From: Deltaproteobacteria bacterium HGW-Deltaproteobacteria-22 | GTDB taxonomy: Bacteria > Myxococcota_A > Polyangia > HGW-17 | Direction: 5' to 3' | Length of the DNA stretch: 64,000 nucleotides | Assembly: GCA_002841825.1 (NCBI GenBank) | Contig: PHAZ01000003.1 | Span: forward strand, 3,039 to 67,038 | Shown here: positions 39,726 through 48,888 of the stretch, piece by piece | How the letters are laid out: every line of letters starts with the position of its first letter | How positions within the stretch are numbered: the stretch's first letter is position 1 | The notes under the pieces: model-generated | Told to the model about the DNA's origin: nothing | Seen by the model: only the letters and a program-made list of their open reading frames with translations | Databases searched by the model: none | Position numbers and translations under genes: made by a program

Positions 39726-41186
39726 ATGAGCGACGTGATTTCCCAGTTGGAACCCAAGCATGTGTGGAAGTACTTCACCAAGATGACCTCCATTCCCCAC
39801 CAGTCCAAGAACGAGGCTGAGATCGGCCGCTGGCTGCAGTTGGTCGGGAAGGAGCACAACCTGGAGATGAGGACCGACGAGGTCGGCAACATCGTCCTGT
39901 GCGTTCCGGCGACGCCCGGCCACGAGAACGCACCGATCGTGATCCTGCAGGGTCACATGGACATGGTGTGCGAGGCCAACAACGACTCCAAGCACGACTT
40001 CGCCAAGGATCCGCTCAAGCTGCAGGTCAACGGCGAGTGGTTGTCGGCCACGGGCACCACGCTCGGAGCGGACAACGGCGTCGGCCTGGCCGCGGCGCTG
40101 GCGCTGCTCGATGATCCGACGGCCGTGCACGGACCGCTGGAGATCCTGGCCACCATGGACGAGGAGACCGGCATGACCGGCGCCTTCAATCTGAAGACCG
40201 AGTTCCTGAAGGGCCGGATGATGTTGAACCTGGACTCCGAAGAGGACGGGGCGATCTACGTCGGGTGCGCCGGCGGTGCCGACGTGAAGGCGTTCTTCGA
40301 CACCACGTCCGTGCCGGCTGCGGCGGGCTCCGTGATGCTGGAAGTCGGCGTCGGCGGCCTGCGGGGTGGCCACTCGGGCCTGAACATCATCGAGAACCGC
40401 GCCAACGCCCTGCGGATGCTCGCGCGCGTGCTCAAGAACCTGCAGCAAATGGGTGTGGAGTTCACGCTCACCAGCCTGTCCGGTGGTTCGGCGCACAACG
40501 CCATCCCGCGTGAGGCGACCGCCGGCGTGGTCCTGGGCGAAGCCCATGCGGCCCGCGCCAAGGAACTGATTGAGAAGCGCTTCACCGCGATGCGCGCCGA
40601 GTACGGCAAGCGCGAGACGCGCATGAGCCTGATATGCAACGATCGCGGCGCCTTCTCCGGTTCCGTGTGGGGCGCGGCCAAGGCCGCCTCCCTGGTGGAC
40701 TTCATGCTGCTGGTGCCCAACGGCGCGCTCACCATGAGCCAGGATCTGCCGAACCTCGTGGAGAGCTCGTGCAACCTCGCGACCGTCAAGAGCGACGGGG
40801 ACCGCGTGATCGTGCACCTCTCGTGCCGCTCCTCGGTTCAGCCGGTCATCCCTGAGATCCAGGAGACCATCGCCATCGCCGCGGTCCGTTCGGGCGCACG
40901 CGCCGAGCTGGGCGAGGGCTATCCCGCCTGGCAGCCCGACATGGACAGCCCGCTGCTGGCGACCGCCAAGGGCGTGTTCGAGGAGGTCTTCGGACGCATC
41001 CCTGAGATCAAGGCGATCCACGCCGGTCTCGAGTGCGGTATCATCGGCGAGAAGTTCCCCGGCATCCGGATGATCTCCTTCGGACCCGAGATCCACGGTG
41101 CCCACAGCCCCGAAGAGAAAGTCCACATCCCTTCTGTGGACCGCTTCTATCGCGCGCTGTGCGGCATCCTGAAGAACCTCGCCTGA
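39726..41186 (+). CDS. pepD: Aminoacyl-histidine dipeptidase (Xaa-His dipeptidase, M20C)
   Basis: Track ORF 39669..41186. ATG 39726 has AAAGGAG upstream. LEPKHVWKYFTKMTSIPHQSKNE, ILQGHMDMVCE, GTTLGADNGVGLAAAL, TMDEETGMTGA, HAGLECG. Confidence 0.9.
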   Translation: MSDVISQLEPKHVWKYFTKMTSIPHQSKNEAEIGRWLQLVGKEHNLEMRTDEVGNIVLCVPATPGHENAPIVILQGHMDMVCEANNDSKHDFAKDPLKLQVNGEWLSATGTTLGADNGVGLAAALALLDDPTAVHGPLEILATMDEETGMTGAFNLKTEFLKGRMMLNLDSEEDGAIYVGCAGGADVKAFFDTTSVPAAAGSVMLEVGVGGLRGGHSGLNIIENRANALRMLARVLKNLQQMGVEFTLTSLSGGSAHNAIPREATAGVVLGEAHAARAKELIEKRFTAMRAEYGKRETRMSLICNDRGAFSGSVWGAAKAASLVDFMLLVPNGALTMSQDLPNLVESSCNLATVKSDGDRVIVHLSCRSSVQPVIPEIQETIAIAAVRSGARAELGEGYPAWQPDMDSPLLATAKGVFEEVFGRIPEIKAIHAGLECGIIGEKFPGIRMISFGPEIHGAHSPEEKVHIPSVDRFYRALCGILKNLA

Positions 41187-41282
41187 TCCTTGTCACGCGG
41201 AAGAACCTCGCGTGATCTGGCGGCTCGACATTTCATTTCAGCCTGCTAAGATTGGCTCGACCCGTCCACCAAGGAGTCGAGC

Positions 41283-42707
41283 ATGAAAACAATCGTGTAC
41301 CTCTGGATTACGCTGTCGCTTGCGCTGCCCGCCCACGCGGCCTCCCCCGATCCGGACTGGCCGGATCTGTTTCCGGTCGCAGGTGAACCGCAGAACGGGT
41401 TCCCGTCTTGGTACGAGCGGTTCATCCATGTCATGGTGAACCGGTCACGCGCCGATCCGCCCGTGGATCTGGCTGCCTGCATCAACAGCGGGGCCTGTCC
41501 CGACGGCGTGTGCTTCCCGACCCCGCTCCCCGCGATGGGGTGGGACTACAACCTGGCCCGCGCGGCGCGGTTCCACGCGGCCAACCTGACCGCCACCGGC
41601 TGCGGCATGATGCATAACTCGCCGTGCCAGCTGGTGTCGAACATCAGCGACCTGTACCCGGGATCCTGCGACGGATCGGCCGCCTGCGCCTGTTCTGGAG
41701 GCACGGCCTCGTGCTCGGGAGGCAACGACTTCGCCTCGCGCCTGTCGCTGTTCGGCGCCTCCCCCCGGGCGGAGAACATCGCGTGGCTGGGCGACCCGTT
41801 CGACGTGTTCTACGCCTGGCTGCACGAGAACACCAGCACCGGCACCTGCGCCTGGAGCATGGAGAACGGCCACCGCTGGAACATCCTCGGCGACGCCGGG
41901 ACGATCGGGGTGGGCGGTCAGGGTGGCTACACCGTTCAGGACTTCTCCTACGGCGGTCCCTCCACGAAGCTGGTCGTGGGCGCCCACTATCCAGAGAGCG
42001 GATCGAGCGTGGACTTCTACGTCTCCTGGTACGACACGGCGGCCCCGTCGCTGGCCACTGTGGACGTCGACGGCACCTGCACCCCGATGACCGTGGAGCG
42101 CGGCACCGGCGGCAACGTGGTCTACAAGATCACGCAGGCCGTCGGCGCGGGTTGTCACCGCTATGCCTTCGTGTTCAAAACCTCCGGGGGCACGCGCGAA
42201 CGCTTCCCTTCCACTGGCGCCTTCGGCATCGGCTGCGGTGAGGACTGGACCGTCGATCCGCTGGCAGAGGGCGCCGGTTGTGACTGCACACCGTCCTGTG
42301 ACGGAAGGTCCTGCGGCGACAACGGCTGCGGCGGCTCCTGCGGCGAGTGCACAGCGCCGCTGACCTGCTCGATCGCGTTCGCCTGCGCCTGCCCGACGGG
42401 GACCGAGGACTGCTCCGGCGCGTGCGCGGACCTGCAGACCGACGAGGCCCATTGCGGCACCTGCGGCAACGCCTGCACCGGACAACAGAACTGCATCTCC
42501 GGCGAATGTTCCACGGATCCCGAGCCCGATGCCGGCACCGACACCGACACCGATGTCGACCATGAACCCGGTAACGCCAAGGGTGACGACTGTTCCTGCC
42601 GTGCCGGCACCTCCGGTTCGCCGGCGGGTGGTTTTCCGATCCTGCTGCTGCTGGGGGTCCTGGGTTTCCTGCGCGTGCGGAGTCTCCCTCGCCGGAGGAC
42701 GATATGA
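41283..42707 (+). CDS. Secreted CAP/SCP-domain protein with Cys-rich modules and GC-TM-RRR-type tail
   Basis: Signal peptide MKTIVYLWITLSLALPAHA. CAP pattern: VNRSRADPP, WDYNLARAARFHAANL, ENIAW, AWLHE, GHRWNIL. Cys-rich stretch: CDGRSCGDNGCGGSCGEC..., CGTCGNAC. Tail: DDCSCRAG...FPILLLLGVLGFL...RRR. Confidence 0.75.
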   Translation: MKTIVYLWITLSLALPAHAASPDPDWPDLFPVAGEPQNGFPSWYERFIHVMVNRSRADPPVDLAACINSGACPDGVCFPTPLPAMGWDYNLARAARFHAANLTATGCGMMHNSPCQLVSNISDLYPGSCDGSAACACSGGTASCSGGNDFASRLSLFGASPRAENIAWLGDPFDVFYAWLHENTSTGTCAWSMENGHRWNILGDAGTIGVGGQGGYTVQDFSYGGPSTKLVVGAHYPESGSSVDFYVSWYDTAAPSLATVDVDGTCTPMTVERGTGGNVVYKITQAVGAGCHRYAFVFKTSGGTRERFPSTGAFGIGCGEDWTVDPLAEGAGCDCTPSCDGRSCGDNGCGGSCGECTAPLTCSIAFACACPTGTEDCSGACADLQTDEAHCGTCGNACTGQQNCISGECSTDPEPDAGTDTDTDVDHEPGNAKGDDCSCRAGTSGSPAGGFPILLLLGVLGFLRVRSLPRRRTI

Positions 42708-43366
42708 CCGTTTTATATCGATTATTGTTGATATTTTCCGTGATCTTGTTCTCAGGATGCCGCGGCACCCGTGAGACCGTCGTGACCGAACCTCCGGGCA
42801 AGGCGGCGCCGCCTCCGTCCGTGACCACGCCCGCCAGGGCCACGGGTCCGTTCAGGTGGGACGGCTTCGCCCTGGGCGACACCTTCGACACCGTGATGTC
42901 CCGGGCACCCTATGACAACCCGTGCGATGACGACGCCGTGGATGGCCGCGCCCGCCGTTTCATGGTCTACGGCGCGCTGCCCTGCCGCGACCGGGTCTTC
43001 CCGGAGGACACGACGGTGTTCTTCTTCATCGAGCACACCGAGGATCGTGCCCAGTCCCTGGCCACGAAGATCGTCGCGTTCGGCTACCTGCACGGCTCGT
43101 ACTTCAACACGCGCACGACGTTCCCCCTGGCCACCGGCGAGGAGATCGGGCGGGTGCGTTCGGTGCTGGGTGCGATGCGGGGCTCGTTCACGCTCGAGCG
43201 CAAGGACCGGTCCCTGCTCGTGGAACGCTATGATGGCGACCTTCACGTGTTGATCAAGGACGGTCACGCCTTCGGTTATGTCTTCGGACCCATGCCCGAC
43301 GATCCTCTCAACGAGCAGTGGCGGGGCATCATGCAGATGGCCGTCCGCTACACCCCGATGGATTGA
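42704..43366 (+). CDS. Lipoprotein, function unknown
   Basis: ATGA overlap with the CAP gene stop. MTVLYRLLLIFSVILFSGC (lipobox). No recognisable domain. Confidence 0.6.
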   Translation: MTVLYRLLLIFSVILFSGCRGTRETVVTEPPGKAAPPPSVTTPARATGPFRWDGFALGDTFDTVMSRAPYDNPCDDDAVDGRARRFMVYGALPCRDRVFPEDTTVFFFIEHTEDRAQSLATKIVAFGYLHGSYFNTRTTFPLATGEEIGRVRSVLGAMRGSFTLERKDRSLLVERYDGDLHVLIKDGHAFGYVFGPMPDDPLNEQWRGIMQMAVRYTPMD

Positions 43367-45307
43367 TTATTCTTCCGAACCCATGAACAGCACGGGCAGC
43401 CCGCTGCCGTCGAGAAACAGGGCGTCAACCAGGCCGTTGCCGTCAGCGTCGAGCAGCACCAGGGCGGTCATGTTCTCGCAGTCCAGCCCGAACACAGGGG
43501 TGACGTCGATGAAGCCGCCTGCACCATCGGCTTCGAACAGACGGCACAGCCCGTCTGCGGCGGTCACGAAGAGGTCCGCCAGTCCGTCGAGGTTGGCGTC
43601 GGCGGTCACTGCGTCACGGCCGTCTCCGCGCGAGATCGGCAGGCAGGCGATGGTGTCGTTGAAGAAACTCCCCCGGCCATCGTGGATCAGGCACTGGTCC
43701 TGGCCCGATCCCACCGCGACGAGGTCGAGGTCGCCGTCGAAGTCGACGTCCAGGGGCACGAGCCGCCGGATCCGTCCGACGGGCAGCGGGATCTGTCCGG
43801 CCTCGCTCCAGTCGCCGGTTTCGCCGGCGCCCAGGACGAGATGGAGCAGCGCGTTCTCACCCGTCTTCGCGGTGGTGAAGGCGGCGTCGGCGGGCTCGAG
43901 CCCGTCGATGAGGGTCCAGACCGTGGAGGTGACCTCGTCGGAGGCCCAGATCGGAGTGATCGGCCGTTCGAAGTCGGTGACGCCGTACCGCCCGGCGACC
44001 GGCCCGGTCACGATCAGGTTGTCGACGAAAAGCGCGCCGGTGGCGGGGCCGGATTCGATGGGAGTGAGGGTGAGCTCGAGGGCGGTCGCCGGAAGGTCGA
44101 ACACACCGTTGCCGTCCCCCCCCGAGGGCAGCCATCCAGAGACCTGCGTGGCCTCGAGCGTGCCCCAGGAGGCCGTGGTGAGGGCCGCCCCTGAATGGGA
44201 GAATCGCTCGCCGGAGGCATCCACCAGAGCCAGCGAGAGCGTGTGGCCGGAGGCGTCGCCGTAAAACTCGAAACGCACGGACTGGGGGATCCAGGTCAGC
44301 TCCGGCAGCGGGAACGAGACGCGCAGCGTGGTGCGGACGACCGTGAAGTCGTATTCGAGGCGGCCAGAGGCCTTGCCGCCGGCGGATTGCTCCGTGGAGG
44401 AGGAAAAGGAGCCGATGGCACCCTCGACGTCGGCGGTGACGGGGCGGGTCACGTCCGCGGCCTCGCCAACGGCCTCGTCGAGCTGGAACGCGCTGCCCGT
44501 GTTGCGCAGCACCATCAACTGGCGAAGGCTGGGCACGTCGGGCCGGGAGCGCCAGGTGAGCAGGCTCGTTTTTCCGTCCGCGTCCGGAGGCAGCGGGATC
44601 AGGTCGTAGCAGGTGCTGAAGCTCGAACGCAGATCGAGCGCGGTGGTCACGAAGGAGCCGTCGGAGGCGAAGTCCAGGCGGGAGTCGGCGGTCCCGGGCT
44701 TTCCGCACAGGAGGATCTCGGCGGCCCCGTCGGCGTCGAAGTCGCCGGAGACGAGCGCGGAGAAGCGACCGTCGAGCACGGCCGAGGCATCCAGCGTCTC
44801 GGTCCAGGTGAAGCGCCCCTGACCCTGGTTGAGCGCAAGACGGAAAGCCCCGTCCGTGGTCAGGGCAGCCACGTCGGGTGCGCCATCGAGGTTGGCGTCG
44901 AGGCCGGCCAGGGCCATCAACGGGCCAGACGGGGATGCGGGGATGGCGCCGGGTGCGGGATCGTAGCGCAATACGACGGGCGTCATCGACAGGGCGTTCT
45001 TCCGGATGTCGGCGCCCTTCGTGGTCCGCACGGTGACGTCATAGGTGCCGGCGACGCCGGTGGGGGTCACGATTTCCAGACGGCTCCCTGTCGCGGAGCG
45101 CACCTCGGCGGGCCAGACACCGAGCAGCACCTGTGCGTCGGCGTCGAAGTTTTTACCGTCAATCACGACGACATGGCCACCCGCAGCGGAGACCGTCGCA
45201 GGCTCCACCTTCTGGATTTCGGGCTTGCCGTCGGAGCCGCAGCCCGCGGCGAACCATGCGGCGGCGGTGATGAACAGGGAGAGGGGAATGAACCGGAAGG
45301 ACATCAT
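43367..45307 (-). CDS. IPT/TIG + FG-GAP (integrin-alpha-like/VCBS) repeat lipoprotein
   Basis: 646 aa with lipobox AAGC. IPT: IQKVEPATVSAAGGHVVVIDGKNF. FG-GAP Ca-binding loops: DANLDGAPDVAAL, GDFDADGAAEILL, DVDFDGDLDLVAV, DANLDGLADLFV, DADGNGLVDALFL. The start overlaps the upstream stop (ATGA). Confidence 0.8.
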   Translation of the reverse strand: MMSFRFIPLSLFITAAAWFAAGCGSDGKPEIQKVEPATVSAAGGHVVVIDGKNFDADAQVLLGVWPAEVRSATGSRLEIVTPTGVAGTYDVTVRTTKGADIRKNALSMTPVVLRYDPAPGAIPASPSGPLMALAGLDANLDGAPDVAALTTDGAFRLALNQGQGRFTWTETLDASAVLDGRFSALVSGDFDADGAAEILLCGKPGTADSRLDFASDGSFVTTALDLRSSFSTCYDLIPLPPDADGKTSLLTWRSRPDVPSLRQLMVLRNTGSAFQLDEAVGEAADVTRPVTADVEGAIGSFSSSTEQSAGGKASGRLEYDFTVVRTTLRVSFPLPELTWIPQSVRFEFYGDASGHTLSLALVDASGERFSHSGAALTTASWGTLEATQVSGWLPSGGDGNGVFDLPATALELTLTPIESGPATGALFVDNLIVTGPVAGRYGVTDFERPITPIWASDEVTSTVWTLIDGLEPADAAFTTAKTGENALLHLVLGAGETGDWSEAGQIPLPVGRIRRLVPLDVDFDGDLDLVAVGSGQDQCLIHDGRGSFFNDTIACLPISRGDGRDAVTADANLDGLADLFVTAADGLCRLFEADGAGGFIDVTPVFGLDCENMTALVLLDADGNGLVDALFLDGSGLPVLFMGSEE

Positions 45308-47304
45308 TTCCCCTCCGTGTCACAGGCGTCGCCGAGGCCGTCCTCGTCGGAGTCGAGCTGGTCCGGGTTGGACAGGTCCGGGCAGTTGTCGCAGGCGTTT
45401 CCGCGGTCGAATGCGGACACGAAGCCGCTCTCGCACCAGAAGGCGCGCGGGGTGTCGCAGTCGAAGTCGTTCCACAGGCCGGAGTCGGCGTAGAGTCCGC
45501 CGCAATCCTCGATTCCGCCGCTGTCGTTGGGTTCGCCCTCGGCCCACGGCGTCCAGGTCGGCGTGGTGCTGTCGATCCAGAGGAAGGTGCCCTCCGTCTC
45601 GAGGTCGGACATCCCGATGAAGGCCGAACCGACCATGTGCGCGACCAGGAAGGCGTTCTCCGCTTCGGATCCGATGATGACCAGGCGGGCCTGCAGGGTC
45701 TCGCAGAAGGACCTCGCTTCGCCGAAGGTCCGTGGCGTCTCGCAGAACAGGTACGCCGAATCCGTTCCGAGGTGCAGCGCGCAGCCGGTGCGGGCCGCGC
45801 AGGAGGCGGCGTTGGCGCAGGAGAAGTGCATCCAGTCGGTGTTCTCCTGGTTCGGGTTGGACAATTCGGGACAGTTGTCCAGCGTGTCGGAGACGCCGTC
45901 GCCGTCGAAGTCGTCGGTCTGGGACTGGTGCACGTAGACCGCTGGATAGCCGGTGGCGGGGAAGAACCACCACGCCGGAGGTCCGTCAGCGCCGTCCAGG
46001 GGAGAGAACAGTGCGCCGGAGGTGGGAACAGGATGCCAGGCCGACGCAGTGTAGTCATAGAAGCGGCCGTCGGGATCGTTCCGCAGATAGATCAGTCGAC
46101 CGTCCGTCCGCGTCAGGAAAAGATCCGGGCGGGAGTCTCCGTCCGGATCGGCGATCTGGACCGACACCGAGGACACAGTGCCCAGCCGTGTGAGGCTCTG
46201 GTCCTCGAAAGCGCCGTCGGCGCGCTGGTACCAGAGGCGCGTGCGGAGGGCGTCGGGAATCACCAGATCCATGCGGGTGTCGCCGTCGAGATCGACGGCC
46301 ACGGGTTGCGTGGTGAAGATGGCTGTCTCACGGGGCAGCGCCGCCACGGCCGCTTCAAGGAACGCGCAGTTTCCGTCGTTGAGGAACAGGCGGGGCCCCT
46401 GCGGCGTGGTCAGGAAGAGGTCCGTGTCCATGTCCGCGTCAAAGTCGGCTGCAGCCACCCCGTACAAGGAGGGACCCTCGAGGGGAAAGGCCTCAGGGGT
46501 CCGGTCGGTGAACTGTCCATCTGGACTGCCGGTGAAGATGCGCAGAGGTTTGGCCGCCGTCGTGGTGATCAGGCCGGCGATCAGGTCGTCGGCACCGTCA
46601 CCGTTGCAGTCCATCGGCTTGACCCAGGCGAGGCCTGCCAGCGTCTCGGGAGCGGTCACGGATTGTGGCGGGTTCTCCGAGTTCCATACGATTGTGGCAT
46701 CACCAGTCGCCGCCAACTCGAGACGGTCCAGCGTGCCGTCGCCATCGAAATCACCGGCGGCCAGCCCTGCGAAATCGCCGGGCGCCACCGTCTCGATGCG
46801 GAAGCGGCCGGAGTCATCGGGAACGATCCGGAACAGGCCCTCTGCCGCGGCGATCCAATAGTAGGAACCCCCGTCGCTGCGGGTTTGTCCGGTCAGGAGG
46901 CTTCGCACGGTCAGCGGGCGCAGATCGTCCACGGAGAGCGTCGTGACCGGCTGGTAGTCCAGGATCCGGCCGAGGAAGCGCCAGGCGCCGGGCGCCGTGT
47001 AGGTGTGGCTTTTGGACTCCAGGACCAGGTCCGCCAGGCCGCCTTCGGGCACGGCGGGGGTCGTCACCGTGAGGCGATCGATGGTCTTCTCCACGATGGT
47101 CCTGGCATGGGAACCAAACCGGACCTTGACCACGCTGTCGAGATCGCGGCCTTCGATGACGACGGTCTGGCCCCCGTCGATGGTGGACCAGTTGGGGAAC
47201 CAGCCGCTCACCTCGAAGGCCCGGCCCGCATCGTTGCCGGAGCAGGCTACCAGAAGGGAGAGGATCAGGTTCGGGACGATGCTGCGGAAGAAAGCGCGCT
47301 TCAT
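45304..47304 (-). CDS. IPT/TIG + FG-GAP repeat + thrombospondin type-3 repeat + C-type lectin domain lipoprotein
   Basis: 666 aa with lipobox LVAC. FG-GAP loops: GDFDGDGTLDRL, DCNGDGADDLIAG, ADFDADMDTDLFL, DLDGDTRMDLVI, DPDGDSRPDLFL. TSP3: DGDGVSDTLDNCPELSNPNQ and DNCPDLSNPDQLDSDEDGLGDACD. CTLD: FCE...LVIIGSEAENAF...WIGMSD-like...EPND...EDC...WNDFDC...FWCE. Confidence 0.8.
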   Translation of the reverse strand: MKRAFFRSIVPNLILSLLVACSGNDAGRAFEVSGWFPNWSTIDGGQTVVIEGRDLDSVVKVRFGSHARTIVEKTIDRLTVTTPAVPEGGLADLVLESKSHTYTAPGAWRFLGRILDYQPVTTLSVDDLRPLTVRSLLTGQTRSDGGSYYWIAAAEGLFRIVPDDSGRFRIETVAPGDFAGLAAGDFDGDGTLDRLELAATGDATIVWNSENPPQSVTAPETLAGLAWVKPMDCNGDGADDLIAGLITTTAAKPLRIFTGSPDGQFTDRTPEAFPLEGPSLYGVAAADFDADMDTDLFLTTPQGPRLFLNDGNCAFLEAAVAALPRETAIFTTQPVAVDLDGDTRMDLVIPDALRTRLWYQRADGAFEDQSLTRLGTVSSVSVQIADPDGDSRPDLFLTRTDGRLIYLRNDPDGRFYDYTASAWHPVPTSGALFSPLDGADGPPAWWFFPATGYPAVYVHQSQTDDFDGDGVSDTLDNCPELSNPNQENTDWMHFSCANAASCAARTGCALHLGTDSAYLFCETPRTFGEARSFCETLQARLVIIGSEAENAFLVAHMVGSAFIGMSDLETEGTFLWIDSTTPTWTPWAEGEPNDSGGIEDCGGLYADSGLWNDFDCDTPRAFWCESGFVSAFDRGNACDNCPDLSNPDQLDSDEDGLGDACDTEGK

Positions 47305-47346
47305 GGAAAACTCCAGTTCATGGAACCCATCGCATCGGGTTGCGGA

Positions 47347-48888
47347 TCAGGACCGCAGACGGCGGCGGCGCCAGCCGATCCAGGCCAGCGGCAGCAGGAT
47401 TGGCGGCCAGAGAAAGGTCGTTCCCCCCGTGCGGCCGGTCCGGCAGGCGCAGCCATCGTCTGCCACGGTGGACGTGCGTGGACCCTCAGGCAGAGGCTGG
47501 GAAGCCGGCAGGACCAGCACGGAGAAGTCGACGTTCGGGGAGGGGCAGCGCAGCCATCCGGCAATGCCGGAGACCAGTTGGAGTCGCGCGTCCAGGGACC
47601 CGGCGGGGTTGTCGGGCGTGTGGAAGGTGAACTCGAAGAGGCCCCGCGAGCCGGGGGGCACGTCGGTCAGCAGCAGGGACGGAATCGAGAACGCATACCA
47701 GGAGTCGTCGAGCCAGTCCACGGAACCTTCGAGGTGATCACGGGGGATCTCCAGCCACAGGCTGCCCGCGGTCCACGTCTCCGTGCCGGTGTTTTCAAAC
47801 GCGACCCAGCCGGTGAAGCGCTCCCCGGGAGAGGTGGCCTGGGGAACTCCGGTGTCGATCAGGCGGGCCGACCACGGCGGCGGCGGATCGCCCATTTCCT
47901 GCGGGTAGCCGTCGTCGGCCACGCCCGTGCAGTCGTCGTCGATCAGATCACACCGTTCAGGGCGCGGCTCGTAGATCCGCACGCAGGCCAGGCAGCCGTC
48001 GGCGCAGCGCCTCCGTCCCTCCGCGCAGGGTCCGGGCTCGCCGGTTTCACAGACGGCCTGTCCGCCGTCGGGGTCGGGACCCCAGCAGCTGCCCCAGTCC
48101 GGCCACTGGCAGGAGCCCGTGCAGGTGCGGGACTGGGAGCCGCAGTCACAGCAGGCCTGCGTCTGCGTCTGTCCCGGGGAGCATGGGCCCTCGCCCGAAC
48201 AACCGCTCCAGCCACCCCAATAACAGTTCGATCCGCAGGTGCGGGAGCGGGACCCGCAGTTGCCGCAGCCCTGGTTTTCGACCTGTCCGGGACTGCACTC
48301 GCAGGTGGTCTCGCAGGTGGCCGACGGTATCGGGTGCGGGTAGGAACCCTGGCCGACCCACCAGCTCGTGGACTGGGAGCAGCCGCCGGCGAACGGATCA
48401 ATGCTGGTCCCGTTGACCCGGAAGCCCAGGTGCAGGTGCGGCCCTGTGGAGCTGCCCGAACTGGCCGAATTTCCCAGGTACTGGCCGCAGGAGACGTTTT
48501 GTCCCACGCCCACGGCGATGGAGTCCAGTTGCATGTGGCAGAACAGCGAGACAGTGCCGTCGAGGTGGTCGACCTTCACGTAGTTGCCGCAGGATCCACC
48601 GCAGGTGTTGCCGTAATAGCCGTAGTTGGCGCAGCCGTTGTAGGTGGCCGTCACGCGTCCGGCCGCCGAGGCCAGCACACCGGTTCCCAGCGACAGGGGG
48701 AAGTCCGTGCCGGTGTGCGTGTTGTAGCAGACGCCGCCGCAGCCGTAGTCGACGCAGCCCGAGGCGCTGCCGTTGTGGTCGAAGCCGTAGTTCACGCCGA
48801 TCGACGCGGAGAAGGGCCGTCGCAGCTTGGCACCCTGCGCCGCAGGCACGGAAATGAGGAGGGTCAGGAGAATCGCGAGGGCTCTCAT
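47347..48888 (-). CDS. Secreted M23 (LytM) metalloendopeptidase with Cys/Trp-rich modules and GC-TM-RRR-type tail
   Basis: 513 aa with signal peptide MRALAILLTLLISVPAAQG. Intact M23 ligands: HTGTDF, CHMQ, GPHLHLGF. Two modules of the form C.PGQ...C..CGS.SRTC...C.W..W..C. MopE-like CDLIDDDCTG. Tail: DDGCACRTG...LWPPILLPLAWIGW-RRRR. Confidence 0.85.
   Translation of the reverse strand: MRALAILLTLLISVPAAQGAKLRRPFSASIGVNYGFDHNGSASGCVDYGCGGVCYNTHTGTDFPLSLGTGVLASAAGRVTATYNGCANYGYYGNTCGGSCGNYVKVDHLDGTVSLFCHMQLDSIAVGVGQNVSCGQYLGNSASSGSSTGPHLHLGFRVNGTSIDPFAGGCSQSTSWWVGQGSYPHPIPSATCETTCECSPGQVENQGCGNCGSRSRTCGSNCYWGGWSGCSGEGPCSPGQTQTQACCDCGSQSRTCTGSCQWPDWGSCWGPDPDGGQAVCETGEPGPCAEGRRRCADGCLACVRIYEPRPERCDLIDDDCTGVADDGYPQEMGDPPPPWSARLIDTGVPQATSPGERFTGWVAFENTGTETWTAGSLWLEIPRDHLEGSVDWLDDSWYAFSIPSLLLTDVPPGSRGLFEFTFHTPDNPAGSLDARLQLVSGIAGWLRCPSPNVDFSVLVLPASQPLPEGPRTSTVADDGCACRTGRTGGTTFLWPPILLPLAWIGWRRRRLRS

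Noticed and set aside
41187-41230. Hairpin CACGCG-N9-CGCGTG after pepD as a terminator (a similar case is CGGTTCA-CCA-TGAACCG near 37155)
   Set aside because: No U-tract follows either stem, so they cannot be called intrinsic terminators from sequence alone.
45304-45910. Diversity-generating retroelement targeting the C-type lectin domain
   Set aside because: CTLDs are the classic DGR variable scaffold, but I found no reverse transcriptase gene and no template repeat resembling the 3' end of this gene anywhere in the window.
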